From Vitrella brassicaformis CCMP3155 (taxonomy: Eukaryota > Protista > Chromerida), in assembly GCA_001179505.1 (NCBI GenBank), contig CDMY01000372.1, positions 33,296 through 97,295 of the forward strand: a stretch of DNA of 64,000 bases. Reading direction: 5' to 3'. This document shows positions 10,884-24,616 of the stretch, one piece after another. Position numbers and translations under genes: made by a program. The notes under the pieces are model-generated. The model had not been told where the DNA came from and made no database searches. It saw nothing but the letters and a program-made list of their open reading frames with translations. How positions within the stretch are numbered: the stretch's first letter is position 1; the number at the start of each line of letters is the position of its first letter.

Positions 10884-13247
10884 CTCCTCCTCAATCACCA
10901 GCTGCAGCGGCGGAATGTGCGCCACCCACGGATCTTCGTATTCGTCTTCGGCCGAGTCGAGCTTTTTCATGAACAGCGTCACGTCGCCTTGCTTCTCCAT
11001 GTACTGCGCAGATAAAGCAACCACAGTTGAACCACAGTGTCAGACCTCTATCCGTTCGATTTTCGGACCTGCTCAAACTCCGCGTCGGTCAACAGGCACT
11101 CGTCCAGAGCCGCTTCCAGCGCTGCAGACAAGAGAGCAGCTATACATTTGCCACAAAGACGCTTCTATCCCCACTGCACACCTTCTTTGTGGCCGGTGAG
11201 CTGCCCGATGAAGACAATCTCCTGGCGCTTGTCGCCGACCCTGTCTTCGAAGTCCTTTTGGATCTCGGCGCGCACCTTCTCGCGTATCTCGCCCTCCAAG
11301 AAGGCGGTGGGCCACATCTCCTGCAAAAACACACAGACAGACAGACAGACAGACAGCGAGTGAACGAATCGGCGACTCGACTGTTGTGTCTGCGTCTGAT
11401 GGACCTCGGGGGTATCGCAGAGCCATATGCCGGCCGACGTCATCGCGAGGTAGAGACCCGCCTGCGACCACATGATGGAATCCGGGCGGCTGAAGAAAGG
11501 TTAACCCCGCAAACCACTCATAGACTGGATGTGACTCCCTCAGCCAACCCACCCATCCTTCCTTCCTTCCCTCTTGTCCGAACCTCGCAAGCCAGGCGTA
11601 GCCCTTGGACCGCAAAACGGGCGCCAAGACGCCCTTCTTGCGGTTGGCCATGGTCTCGCGCACCCAATCCAGGTCCTCCATCTTCACCGTCGACTCCTTC
11701 TCCTTCTCCTTCTCGTCGCTCGTGCGCCCATCTCCACCCTCATCGCCTTGGTTGTTCTCGTCATCATCATCGTGCTCCTGAACGACCTGAAACGCGCAAA
11801 CGGTTCAGTTTTCGATTTCTTCGCGCCGCATTCACTCACCCAGTGTTTGCTGAGGAGCTCGTGCAGCCGGAAGGGATGGAAGGGCTTGCGGCGTTGGTAG
11901 ACGAAGGACCACACGCCGTACACGTCGCTCTCGGACTTCAACTTCTCGGGCTCGCGAATGGACTGCAGCCACCCCGCGGCATTGGACGCACGGTCCCAGT
12001 CGAACAGGTGCGTGTTGACGATCTCCGAGGGCGAAACCACGCTGTGCACCGTCGGCAGAACCTTCGCCTTGCTGCGTGAAGGGAAGCAAGCAGGGTCGAT
12101 GTGCCAATCGCTTTTCTCGATAGGGGAATTGGGTGGGCATGGGGGATGCTTACGGGTTGAGGGTGCGGATGGTCTTCTCGATGCCAGCCAACCGGGCTTC
12201 ACCGCCGGCCGTCTTGAGGAGGTCTGAAGGCAAAGACACGCAGCGTCGGGTGGGCAGCGTGCCTGGACAGACCTGTGCGTGGCGTGCGGTGTACGTACCC
12301 GTCTTGTTGAGGAGGATCACGTCGGCGAACTCGATTTGCTCGATGAGCAGCTGGCTCAGCGGGCGGTCGTCGTCGCCCTTGCACGCATCGTCGCCCCCCT
12401 CGTTAACCAACTCGGACGTCTGCATAACCAGCTCGAAGTTGCTGCAAACAAACAAGGCATAAAGGCACCAGTCGGAGGGAATACGCAACGGTTGCACAAA
12501 TACAAATGAATGCTTGGGTGCTTGCCTCGCGTCGACGACTGTCACGCAGGTGTCCAGCCGCGATACATCACGCAGCTTCTTGAGTTTTTCCAGCCCACTC
12601 TTTTCCTCATCGGTCATCTCGCCGTTGGTGTGGTCGTGCCCGTTGGCGTGCCCGTGGACGTGCTCCTCGCTCAGATCCATTGCCTAAACATAGAGACAAA
12701 GCAAGCCATTCAATCAACACCGATCTGGTGCTCTCTGTTGTGGTTTGCCTGGCTCGTGATTTCTTTCGCCGCTGCATGCGTACCCAGGTTTCCGCGACTT
12801 GCATGGGCTCGCTGATGCCGGTCGACTCCACGAGCAGGTAGTCCAGCGATCCGTCCTTGGCAAGCTCCACTACCGCGTCCAAGAGGTCGTCGCGAAGCGT
12901 ACAGCAGATGCACCCTGCAGGCAAAAGGTCAGCCCTCACGCGAAGGCAAAGTCAGACAAATCCGAGGTATGAGCGCGTCTCCTCCATGTCCCCGTACCGT
13001 TCTGCATCTGCACGAGCTTCTCCTCGCGTTGGATCAGCGACGACTTCTCCAGCATCATGCCGTCGATGTTGAGCTTAGCCATGTCGTTGACAATCAGGCC
13101 GCACTTCAAGCCCTCTTTGGCAGTGAGGATGTGCTTCAGCAAGGTGGTCTTGCCGGAGCCGAGGAAGCCCGAAAGGATGGTCACCGGCAACATTGGACGA
13201 GCCGCAGCGGGGGAGTCAGTGGTGCAGGCACTTGTGCAGGCATCCAT
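10839..13247 (-). CDS. COG0523/CobW-family GTPase, YciC/ZigA-like subfamily, with a His-rich insert
   Basis: [54 protein letters not shown], the insert [43 protein letters not shown] and [11 protein letters not shown], all across GT-AG introns. Confidence 0.92.
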
Positions 13248-13658
13248 TTTTGCCGTCTCCAGTGGGAGCTGTCGTCTGTGCAGCCTCTGGGAGCAGCCAC
13301 ACCTGCGCCTAGGGTATCCCCTGAAACATCTGCCTGCCAGGCGCGACGTGATCGCATGCTGACTTTGTTTGCGTTTCTGCTGCTCTCACCCTGCTGTCGT
13401 ACGCGTCTTACGGCGTGCGAGTGGCTCCCGTCGGCAAGACAGCCGTAGAGGCGCACATCACTCCCTCCGCATCTGATCATCGCGGAGATCTGAGCAGTGT
13501 TGTTGTGTGAGGGGATTGATCAACAAGCAATAGGTCTGCGTTGTCGTCTGTCTGCTGCACAAACCTCGTCGACCCGCAAGTAAGCACGAGCTCCCAGCAC
13601 TCCACGACCTTCACGCTCGCTGTTTGTTGCTCCCCTCTCTCAGATCTTCAGAAACGCG

Positions 13659-16027
13659 ATGGTGATGATGTCGGCACCATCGCTGCTGCTTGCGTGCTTC
13701 CTGATGGTCCAGATGGCCAGCGGCTCTTTGGTTGCTTTCCATCCTCATCGTGCCCATGCGGCAAAGGCGCGGGCGAGGGCGATGCCTGGGTCACGGCGGC
13801 GATCTCGGCCCTCTTCTCACATGAGGATGAGTCAAGAAGGTGAGTGAGCGACCAAGGGGGAAGAGCAGACGAGCAACATTACCCCTCACACACCGCTTTG
13901 TGTTGTCTGCGCATGTGTGTGTCAAATGCAGGTGCGCTACGTGTGACGCCTGACGGCTTGGTGCCCCTCAAAGACCTCAACAAGCTGTCGCTCGAAAAAC
14001 AGTCGCTCAGAGAACAGTCAACGTCGCCGTTGCCGGAGCTCGTGCCTTCAATCAATCTAGGAAGCCTCGACCCCACTTACTTCATTGGTGACAAGGATCT
14101 CGACGAAGTGGTCAGCGACATCATGCGGTGCTATAAGGAGGACGACAGCATCCTTGCGTCTTCAGATCGGATTCCGCCCATGTCGTAAGCAACAAAGGGC
14201 CCAGAACACACACACACACACACACACACATGCACACACGTCTCTTCTCTCTCCTGTTACAATGCGTGTGCTTGCAGACTTACCCGCCACCCCCGCGGAG
14301 GCAAGACCCGGTTTCTGAAGGAGATTGGGCGCCGGCTCCGCGACAAGCAGAAAGTGCCCTCCATCAGAATCGCTTTCAACGATCGGACTGGGAAACAGGA
14401 CGTGGAGGAGACCCTATCGCTGAAACAGCGGCTGCTCAAGCGAATCGGCTGGTCGGTGGCCACCGATGAGACGCGCTCTCTTGTCGGCAACAACTTCAAG
14501 CGATGGATGGAGACAGTGGACGTGCCGGAGAGCACGATAGAGGAGTGGCTGGGTGACGGCGGCTGTGTGCTCCTCATCGATGAGATGAACAGTAAGTGGG
14601 TGGGTGACACCATGAATGCGCGAATGCCGGTATGGCGTGTGTTTTGTTTGTGTTGTGTTGTGTTGTGCTGTGTTGTGTTGTGTGTGTGTGTGTGTGTGTG
14701 TGCGTGTGTCAGAGCTCATTACCGATGCTATTCGAGGAGGCACCGAGGAGACCGACCTGGCCGCCTTTCTGAAATGCTACTTCATCGACAAGGCCAACAG
14801 ATACCTCGTCCTCTCCAGTCACACCACGACGACGGGCGACAAACTGTCGACGTTCATTACGTCTCCGAGTGATCGCGACGTCATTCGGCCTCGTCTGCCC
14901 GTGATCACCAGCCCAGAAGAGGTGGAAAAGCTCGGCGTGGACGCCATAAACGAGGGGGCGCTCTGTTACCTGGGCCTGACGCCTGCCCTGGTCTATACGG
15001 TCTACAACCTCAGGTCTGGTTATGTCCGCAATGCCGTAGAAAGCGCTTCCGCAGACTCAGGGGCCCGCCTCTCAACATGCGCTCTCTACGCGCCGTTATC
15101 GCGACAGCCATCACGGGAGAGGCGCCGGCTAATCTGGGTGATCTGGGGGATTGGGAGCAGTCTCTCGACGGCTTCGACCCAGAGGGCGACAGTGGGTCAG
15201 TGTACGTCTGGCCACCGTGCTACCTGGTTGAAGCCTACGAGATGCTTGCTGACAGTGAGATACCTGACATAGACCCCAATGTCGCCAGCGGCGTGCGCTT
15301 CTTTGCTGACAGCTTGCGGCAGCTGATTGAGGCCGACGAGGGCTCGGGGAAGCAGTGGGAGGGGGTCTGCGCTGCAGCCTTCATTCAGCGGATGCTTGAG
15401 AGCCATTTTCTGTCGGAGGGCCTCATCACACAAGGCAAGCTCACTCCTGGAGCCGAGGAGCTTGTACTAGAGGCCGTGCTGGAGGTATGGATGAATGGAG
15501 GATGGACAATGACTGCAACACTTCTGTGTATATGTAAACATATGTACTTCGCTGTTTGGTAGGGCTGCCGATTTGGCGGCGTTTTTCAGCCCCGTTCGGA
15601 TGACCTCATCAAGAAGGACAACTCCGCCGACTTCGAGCGCCTTCGCGAGAGGTTTCTGCGGTGGTTGGAGATCGGGGACAGGCCAGCTCTCAAGAAGGGC
15701 CGTACGGCTTTCTTCGTGAAGCCGAAAATCGCCCTCTTCCCCAAATACGACTTTTTTATCTTCATTGTGGAAGACGGCACGGTCGTGGACATCTACGGCT
15801 ACCAGTGCACGACGAGCCCTAGTAAGACGCCTGACAGCACGGAGACGGACGCAGAGTCCGACTTTGCGAACCAGTCATTTTGGCTCATTGGCAAGGCCGG
15901 AGATGACAGGAAGGAGTCGCGGGGGTGGACCATTCCTTCTCAAGATGCGTTCGGGTGTGTGGCTGGCTTCTCGCTGCGTCACACATGCCCTCCCTCCCTG
16001 CTGTTCGACGTAAACAAGTTGGACTGA
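13659..16027 (+). CDS. Crinkler/RHS-like P-loop NTPase plus PD-(D/E)xK-like nuclease protein with a signal peptide and transit-like leader (frame break or 26-nt intron at 15014..15039)
   Basis: Hydrophobic leader MVMMSAPSLLLACFLMVQMASG, then an Arg/Ser-rich stretch. Variant Walker A LTRHPRGGKTRFL, Walker B CVLLIDEMN, and C-terminal KQWEG...FPKYDFFIF...YGYQCT. The family assignment is inferred from motifs. Confidence 0.65.
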
Positions 16028-17743
16028 GGACAACCTGGCGCACGTACCTGGTGGACAGACAGTCGTAGGGAGAGAGGCGTGTGCGGTGCAGGGGGGCCCT
16101 TGTGTGTGTGTGTGAAGGTTCTTACGTGGAAGCTGGCATCTCAAAAGTCATATGTCGTTTGTTTGCTGCCCCTGCGCTCACAGTGAGTGAGACGAGCACA
16201 CTGGTCTTATGCCTATAGCCAACCCAGTGTCTCTGTAGTAGATTTTCCACTCAGCATTCAGCATTAGGATTGGCAATTGGGAGGCGAGAGGGGACACCCA
16301 TTGGGTGTGTGTGTGTGCGGATTTCCTTTCGTTTTCTGCATGTTCTTTGTGAATTGACCGCATCGACCGGACCTGCATCCATTCAGACGGTCTTCCATTG
16401 GCTTCAATTGGTCATGCCACGCTGTTTGACTCGTGCCAGGGACCGCCATCTCTGGTGCTGTCGCAAGATCGGCCGGAATACCCTTTATACGTAAACCGAA
16501 CCCTGTCAATCGTCAGGCAGGCCACACAACACGCTGCCAGCATGCTCACACAAGCTGTCGAGCGCAGCACGTGACCTCAGGGGACACACACACATGCACA
16601 CAGCCGGCCGACATCAGCAGATTTGAGTGCAGACAGACAGACAGAGAGACAGACAAACAGACACACAGACACACAAACATGCAGCGCTGCTAGAGGGGCC
16701 GTACAAAAACAGCATACAGGCAGGCAGGCAGGCACCAAACCAAGGAGAGGAATCGTCCGTCAATCCCATCCACGTAAGTACGCTATGTATGCGATGACAT
16801 TCATTCATTCAGTGAATCACGTGAGCCGCTGCGCGTGTGGTGCCCTTCGCACACCACCCACTCGACGCGACCTTCCAGCTCACATGCATTGCATGCTTAA
16901 CACATAAAGCCAGAGAGAGAGAAAAAGAGGAGACAGAGAGAGAGAGAGAGAGACCGAGCTCACGCCACGGCCATCGTGCATTGGTTCATTCATTCATTCA
17001 CTGGTTGTCCTCTGACAGACAGACAGACACAAATGCCTCGTGTGAGTGAGAAACAACCAAACAGCCAAGCTTTAACAGCCAAGCTTAAGCAGCCGAAAGG
17101 GCAGTCAGGCAGGCAAGCAGTTGGGCAGAGAGGCAAGCCGAGAGAAGCAGACAGACAGACAGACAGAGCGACAGAGCACGCAAATGGGCTGCCATGCCGA
17201 CGATCGCCCGCCCATGTATGCCGGCCGGCCCCAGTGAATGAGTCAGTCGATGGATAAATAAAGGCCATCGGTCATTTATCATCCAACGCAACACGCAATA
17301 TGAGCGTCAGTCATCCCGCCACTGAAGAAAGAAGTATGTGTACACACCCACCCGCTCCCTCATGTAGACAGACACCCACAGACAGGAAGGACACCCAGCC
17401 GCCCAGCCAGCCAGCCAGCTTCTCGCATCCATGCTTCTCGGGAGGGAAGCTTCTCCATCGGCTGGCTGGGCTGGGTGCCATCAAAAGAAGCGCTTCTTTG
17501 GCCTCACACACACACGCACACACACCGACACCGACACGCACACACACGCACACCCAAATGACCAGCAGGCAGGCAGGCAGACATGACAGACAGACACGCA
17601 GGCAGACATGGACATAGACGTACGGATGTATGCAGCGCCTTGCTTGCACAAAAAACCTTTTCTCTTCCCCCCCGCGCGGAGAGGAAGCCAGACACACACG
17701 CACACCCCCTCCCCTCATCCGCCCGTTCATCTTCATCATCTCA

Positions 17744-20546
17744 TCAAGGCAGGTACGCGTCGAGACATTTGAGCACGTCGTCCTGTGCCAGGTGGTCGCC
17801 AGCAATGCCGTGGTTCTGGACGTAGCCGTCAGGGCGGATGAGAAAGAAGGCACCAGGCTTGGAGGGGATGCCGATGGGCAGACGGAAGTGCTTGTGAACC
17901 TCACCTGAGTGACAAAGGGTTAGAGTGGAGGCGAGAGTGGAGGCGACGGAGGGTGTTGACTGGTCGAAGGATGGGTGGACGTGCGTATGCCGCAGACTGA
18001 CCTTCGTAGTCGAATCCTAGGTCCAGCTCCATCGACGTAAATGGCTTGCCCATCCTGAGAAACCAGACAGACAGACAGACGGACGCCTCACCCCTCTGTG
18101 TCTGTCTGTCTGTCTGTCTGTGTGTGGCTTACACGTTAGAGAATTTGGTCTTCATGTGTTGGAGCACAGCGGCGAGTGCGTCCTCCTCCCCGCTGCTTTG
18201 GCTCTGGCCCTTGACCGAGAGCGAGTAGGGCAGAATGGTCGCCTTGCCCGTCGTCAGCACAACCATCGTCCGCACACCCGCCCATCGCGACTGCAAACAC
18301 GCACACACACACGTGGATGGATGGATGGATGGTGACTCATAGACGGAAGTGCTCACTTGTGTCGGTGAGCCGAGCTTTTTGACGACGTCGCCGGCCAGAC
18401 GGACCAACCACATGATTGCACGACCCACTGCACAGAAACACAACACATACACTCACACCGCATGTGCGCCTGTGTGTGTGTGTGTGTGTAGTTCCTGAGC
18501 ACATCCCTCTCTCTTTCTCTGTGTGTGTGTGTTTGTCTTGGGTGGGTGGGTGGAGGGCTGACTCACTGATGGTTTCCTTCGACGTAGGTGGCTCTGAGCA
18601 GCCCATCACCTCCAGGCAGCTGCACACGGCCGACGCTCGTGCGGAGCCGCCATCGTCCAATGACGGGATGCACACCGCCAGCAGCATCGTGTAGGCGGGC
18701 GAGGCCATCATCTGCACGGCACCACACGCACGCCCACATGAGCACACTGTGACTGACACACATTCATTGCCTACACGCTTTCACTGACCTGGTGCAGCCT
18801 GCATTTGCGTGTTGTCCCGCGATGGTCCACGACGGCCAGTCGGGCGTCTGGCGCCCTTTGACCCGGCTGCAAAGCTCCCCACACGAAGGAATCTCCCAGC
18901 GCCATGCTGCACAACACAACCACACAAAGACGCGCACAGACAAATGTATGCCGACGGACAGACACAGAGGAGAGGCTCCCCTCCCTCTCTCTCTCTGGGT
19001 GTGTGTGGGGNNNNNNNNNNNNNNNNNNNNNNNNNNNNNNNNNNNNNNNNNNNNNNNNNNNNNNNNNNNNNNNNNNNNNNNNNNNNNNNNNNNNNNNNNN
19101 NNNNNNNNNNNNNNNNNNNNNNNNNNNNNNNNNNNNNNNNNNNNNNNNNNNNNNNNNNNNNNNNNNNNNNNNNNNNNNNNNNNNNNNNNNNNNNNNNNNN
19201 NNNNNNNNNNNNNNNNNNNNNNNNNNNNNNNNNNNNNNNNNNNNNNNNNNNNNNNNNNNNNNNNNNNNNNNNNNNNNNNNNNNNNNNNNNNNNNNNNNNN
19301 NNNNNNNNNNGGGGGGGGGGGGGGGGGGGGGGGGAGTGGGGGTGCAGCTGGTTGCCTGTATGCCGACGTTCATCCCAAGGTATCCGAGCGGCGGGCCGGT
19401 GTGAGCAGCGTCGCCACAGAGGAAGGCGTTGCCTTGCTGGTAGGTGTCGGCCACTCCTGCGATAAGAGGGATTTGCATGCGCCACAACACCGACTCCACA
19501 ACACTCCCTGGCACCACCTGCACAGACACACAGACAGACAGACATCTGTGGGAGCTCCAAAGAGAAAGGGGAGGAGAGATCTTCATCCTTACCTCATTGA
19601 TGAGTTGTTCGATCTCGTCCCTCTCCGGGAACAGCGGCAGGTAGTTGTTGTCGAGCACCACACTGACAGACGTGTCTTTGGCTGTGGGGGTGATGCAGAT
19701 GACCCGCCAGCAGTCTTGCTCGTGCGGCAGCGCGATGCAGCACACGACCCTCCCACTGGCCGACATAAAATTCCACTTGGGGCTGCTCGACGGATCCGCT
19801 GGGAGACCACCCCACTTGATCTGAAAGCGCCCACAGACACGCACATTGCAGGGATGCACTGCACTGCACTGTGAGAGAGGAGGGGAGACGCGGAGACGGG
19901 GAGAGGGCGAGAGGGGGAGAGAGTGCGCACAGACCTTGAGATGCGAGTCGACGAATCTGACCCATGGAGGAGACACACGGACACATGTGTTGGAGCAAGA
20001 TCGGATACATACATCCACACGTGTGGGTGGTGGGGTGGATGGATCGACGGGTTCGTTGCGTACTCATATGGGAGGCACTCCTCCACGTTGAAGTTGATGC
20101 CCAGCCTCTGACGCACCAGCGATTGGGCTCCACTGACACACACACACACACACAGTGTCCCAATGACCTTCGTGGTTCTCCCTGACTGACGGACTGACGG
20201 ACTCACTCACTCGCAGCCCACGATATATTTGCTCTGGATCTTGACCACCGGACTGCCTGTATGCCCACCACACCCACACCCACACGCGTGTGTGGCGAGT
20301 CCCTCTCTCCCTCCCGACCCACCAGCCACACACCGACCTTTGAGCAGCGGCAGGTTAGAGAGGTCGGTTCCGTCGACACACTGATGATGACAAACAACAG
20401 GCCCTTCTACTTAGATGAGAATACGCCGTACTGTGCTGCATTGCAATACGTGGTCAACGAAGTCCGATGTCATCTCGAGCGCCTGAACCGTCACCTCACA
20501 GCCATCGTCCTACACACACACACACACAGACACACAGACACACACA

Positions 20547-20581
<35 letters not shown>

Positions 20582-21703
20582 GCGAAAGATTGAGTAAACG
20601 TGCCCTGCTGCCATGAGTATGCCAGTAGATGTGTGTGGGGGCGCGGGATGGGAGTGGGTTTGATGTACCGGCAGCTCGCCAATCTTCATGTCGTGAATCC
20701 ACACGGGGCATTTGACCCTCTCCGTCCCTGCAGCACACCACAGCACACCGCTGACAATGCACCGAGAGATGCATGTGTGTGTCGCAGGCAGTCTGTCTGT
20801 CCGTCTGGCTGGCTGGCTGGCTGGCTGTCGATGTCGACACTGACCGATGACCGACTCGGTGAGGATGCGCTCGAGCTCACTCTACATCCATCCATCCATC
20901 CATCCATTCCATGGTACGTGTGTGAGTGTGTGGGTGTGTGGCGTGGGCTCACCTGTGCGACGAGGATCGGGTATTGGTAGTGTGAGTGCTGGCACCTCTC
21001 AAAGGTCCAGTCCACACACTCGTCGCCATCGACAAACAGTCGCTCGCCCACGACCTCTACGGCCCTCTCCCGCACGTCGTCAATCACACCCCACCTCTCA
21101 AACGCCTCCTGGGTCTGCACACAACACACGCAGCAATGACGACGTCCATCCATCCACTTGTGTGCAGGTCATCACAGACATTGGCGTGGAGTGCGCATCC
21201 TCTGGTGTAAGGCACGACACGCGGGCACTTGTCCAGCAGCAGAAAGCTCACGCCCCGCTTCGCCAAGTCCGCACCCAGCGCCAAGCCGGTGGGACCTAGC
21301 GCACACACACACACACACACGCAGCGCGGCATTACGCACTGCAGTGCACTGTCGCTGTGGCTGTGGCTGTGGCTGCGGTTGCGGTTGTGCGTGTGTGTAT
21401 GCCTGTGCCCTACCGGCCCCGACAATGAGCACATCGACAGCACTTGGGAAGTCGTCAACATTCCACCGTGCGTAAGAGCCGTGCTTCTCCACATAACACC
21501 TGCATCAGCAAACGAACACACACACGTGCGCCAGCAAACGAACACACACACGTGCGCAGGCCAGCCGACACACACGCGCTCCGTCCAGTGCAGCAGCAAG
21601 GTCACACAGGCAGGGACTGTCAGGCAGATCTGTGTGTGATTGTGCAGTGACTGACTGACCTGTGTTTGGGGACCAGTCTTGATCCATCAGGGGCACGCGG
21701 CAT
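17744..21703 (-). CDS. FAD-dependent monooxygenase (FAD_binding_3, PheA/TfdB-like); an internal exon probably lies in gap 19011..19310
   Basis: DVLIVGAGPTGL (GxGxxG), VGCDGAQSLVR (DG motif), FLCGDAAHTGPPLGYLGMNVGIQ (GD motif), and C-terminal PGQRAPDARL and FFLIRPDGYV. Confidence 0.88.
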
Positions 21704-21851
21704 CGCGGGAACGGATCCGCTTCTCACCTCTGCGAGCTTGGCCAGTCGCGAGATCTCTCGCTCAGTCCGTCCGTGTGGCTTGAGATCTCTTCCTTGAGCG
21801 CGAGATCTTGTCGAGTCGTCGCCTCTTGTCTGCTGATATCGTCTGATCACC
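21704..21851. promoter_or_regulatory. Putative bidirectional promoter between the monooxygenase and CCT2
   Basis: Only 148 bp separate the divergent ATGs. It contains three AGATCT (21751, 21783, 21803), two of them within CGCGAGATCT. Confidence 0.6.
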
Positions 21852-24570
21852 ATGGCGGACCGGGTGAGTTGTGCGTGTGTTCGGGACCGGGCGCCCGCAT
21901 GTGCACCGCATGCCGTCGGCTGCCATGGGCAGACGGCATCGGTTTTGCTATGGATGTGTTTCGATGTGCCCATCTTGCGGCCAGTGGTGGTTTGGATGAG
22001 TGTGGTGTGGTGTGTCTGTGTCATCGTGTTTAGGAGGGCATGATGCCCCAGATTCTGAGCGAGGAGGCCTCCGAAGACAAGGGCGACACGGCACGGATGG
22101 CAAGCTGACAAACGAACAGAACACGCACCACACTCATCCATCGCATCTCATTGACCCGGCCCCTGGGTGCGTCTGTCTGTCTGTCTGTGTGTGTGGTCAG
22201 CAAACGTTTGTGGGGGCGTTGGCGATTGGCGACCTCATCAAGACTACACTCGGGCCAAAGGGAATGGTCAGCCACACGCACTCCGTGCGATGCGATGCGA
22301 TGGGATGCGGGAGGCAGACAGACAGACGGACAGACAGACAGGGAGGGAGAGAGGGAGGGAGAACCAGACATCCAGGGCATCTTTTAGTTTAATTCTGTTG
22401 TGTGTGTGTGTGCGGCTCTCTGATATATTGTGTATTGCGTGTGGTGCAGGACAAGATCCTGACACCGCTGCCTGGAGAGGGATCGCACCTCAGCAAGACA
22501 ACCATCACCAACGACGGTCAGCCAATCACACCACTGTGACACAAAATAACTGGATGGCTGGCTGGATGGATGGATGAGTGGATGTAGCGTAGCGTCCCTT
22601 ATGTATGTGTTTGTCTGTGTGTCTGGTGGGTTAATTGAAATGTGTGTGTCAGGTGCGACGATCCTCAAGTTCATCTACGTCGACAACCCCGCGGCCAAAA
22701 TACTCGTCGGTACGTAACCAAGCTGACTTAGACAGACAGACAGACAGACAGACAGGGAGGGAGGGAGGGAGGGGCCCCAGGTGCACTTATGCGGTCTGTC
22801 TGTGTGTGTGTGCGTTTAACAGACATTTCCAAGACTCAGGACACCATGTGCGGTGACGGCACGACGAGTGTGGTGGTCTTGGCGGCGGAGCTCCTCAGGG
22901 AAGCCGAACACCTCGTCAGCCAGCGAATACACCCACAGGTGACTGACTGCACACCTAGCCACACACGTCTCACCAACACACGCACATGCACGCGACTGGG
23001 CGAGGAGAGATCTCTGAAGAGCCTTCTGCACTGAATGTGTGTGTCGCCGTGTGTGTGTGCCTCACTCAGGTCATTTGCCAGGGGTTCCGCGAGGCCCTCG
23101 AGATCGCGCGAAAGAGTAAGCCAGAGAGGGAGGGAGGGGTGGGTATGTAAGTATCTACGTGTGTGTGTGTGCGGCGTGTGTGTGTGTGTGTGGAGTGCAG
23201 CGCTGGACACGATAGCGTTTGACCACTCGAGCGACACCGATGCCTTCCGCGAGGACCTGCTCAAGATCGCCAAGACCACACTCAGCTCCAAACTACTCAC
23301 ACACGAAAAGGTAAGACCAAGGAGCGAGGTCGGTCCGTCCACTGGCCCCCATCTGTCCAGCCGCCCCGCTGATGGGTGCGTCTGTGTGTGTGTGTGTGTG
23401 TGTGCGTCTGTGCGTCTGTCTGTCAGGAGCATTTCGCCAAGTTGGCCGTGGACGCGGTGCTGCGGCTCAAGGGCAGCGGCAATCTCGACCTTATCCAGGC
23501 AGAGAGAGAGAGAGAGTTCCCTCTCGCTCTCACTCTCATTCTCCCTCTCTCTGCTGTGTTGGATCTGTCTTGTTTGTGCTGTAAAGGTGTTGAAGAAGCC
23601 CGGCGGGACTTTGCACGACTCCTTCCTCGAAGAGGGCTTCATTCTGGAGAAGCGGATCGGTCAGCCAACCAACCACCATGGCAGACAGACAGGCAGACAT
23701 ACATAACGCCTTTCTGCTTTTGTTTACCCACACAATATGCACCGCACACACAGGTGTGGGTCAGCCGAAGCGCATGGAGGACTGCAAGGCACGCTGCACA
23801 CACACCAGACACCCCGACAGACAGCCACAGACAGCCGAGCTTGATGGACGTGTGCGCGCCTATGATGGTGTGTTGTCTGTCTTGTGTGACGTGTGCAGAT
23901 CATGGTGGCCAACACGCCGATGGACACGGACAAGATCAAGATCTACGGAGCGAGGGTCAAGGTCGAGAGCTTCGAAGCGGTCAGTCTCTCACTCACTGAG
24001 TCATCAGCCAGCCGACAACCCACCCAAGACCACACACACACACACACACAGAGAGAGGGGGGGGNNNNNNNNNNNNNNNNNNNNNNNNNNNNNNNNNNNN
24101 NNNNNNNNNNNNNNNNNNNNNNNNNNNNNNNNNNNNNNNNNNNNNNNNNNNNNNNNNNNNNNNNNNNNNNNNNNNNNNNNNNNNNNNNNNNNNNNNNNNN
24201 NNNNNNNNNNNNNNNNNNNNNNNNNNNNNNNNNNNNNNNNNNNNNNNNNNNNNNNNNNNNNNNNNNNNNNNNNNNNNNNNNNNNNNNNNNNNNNNNNNNN
24301 NNNNNNNNNNNNNNNNNNNNNNNNNNNNNNNNNNNNNNNNNNNNNNNNNNNNNNNNNNNNNNNNGGGAAGAGAGAGTAGAAGACAATGAGTGTCTTGTGT
24401 TGTGTTGTGTTGTGTGTGTGTGTCAGGTGCAAGCTGTTGAGGCGGCGGAGAAGGACAAGATGAAGCGCAAGGTGGACAAGATCCTGGCCCACGGGTGCAA
24501 CGTCTTCATCAACAGACAGCTCATCTACAACTACCCCGACCAGCTCTTCAAACAAGCCGGTACGCGCCCA

Positions 24571-24616
<46 letters not shown>

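Noticed and set aside
11027-12079. 350-aa plus-strand ORF overlapping the YciC-like gene, and many similar 60-200-aa ORFs rich in CVCV, THTH or TDRQ
   Set aside because: These are antisense shadows or translations of intronic microsatellites.
16264-16509. Short minus-strand ORF GIPADLATAPEMAVPGTSQTAWHDQLKPMEDRLNG
   Set aside because: Isolated, with no supporting exons or motif.
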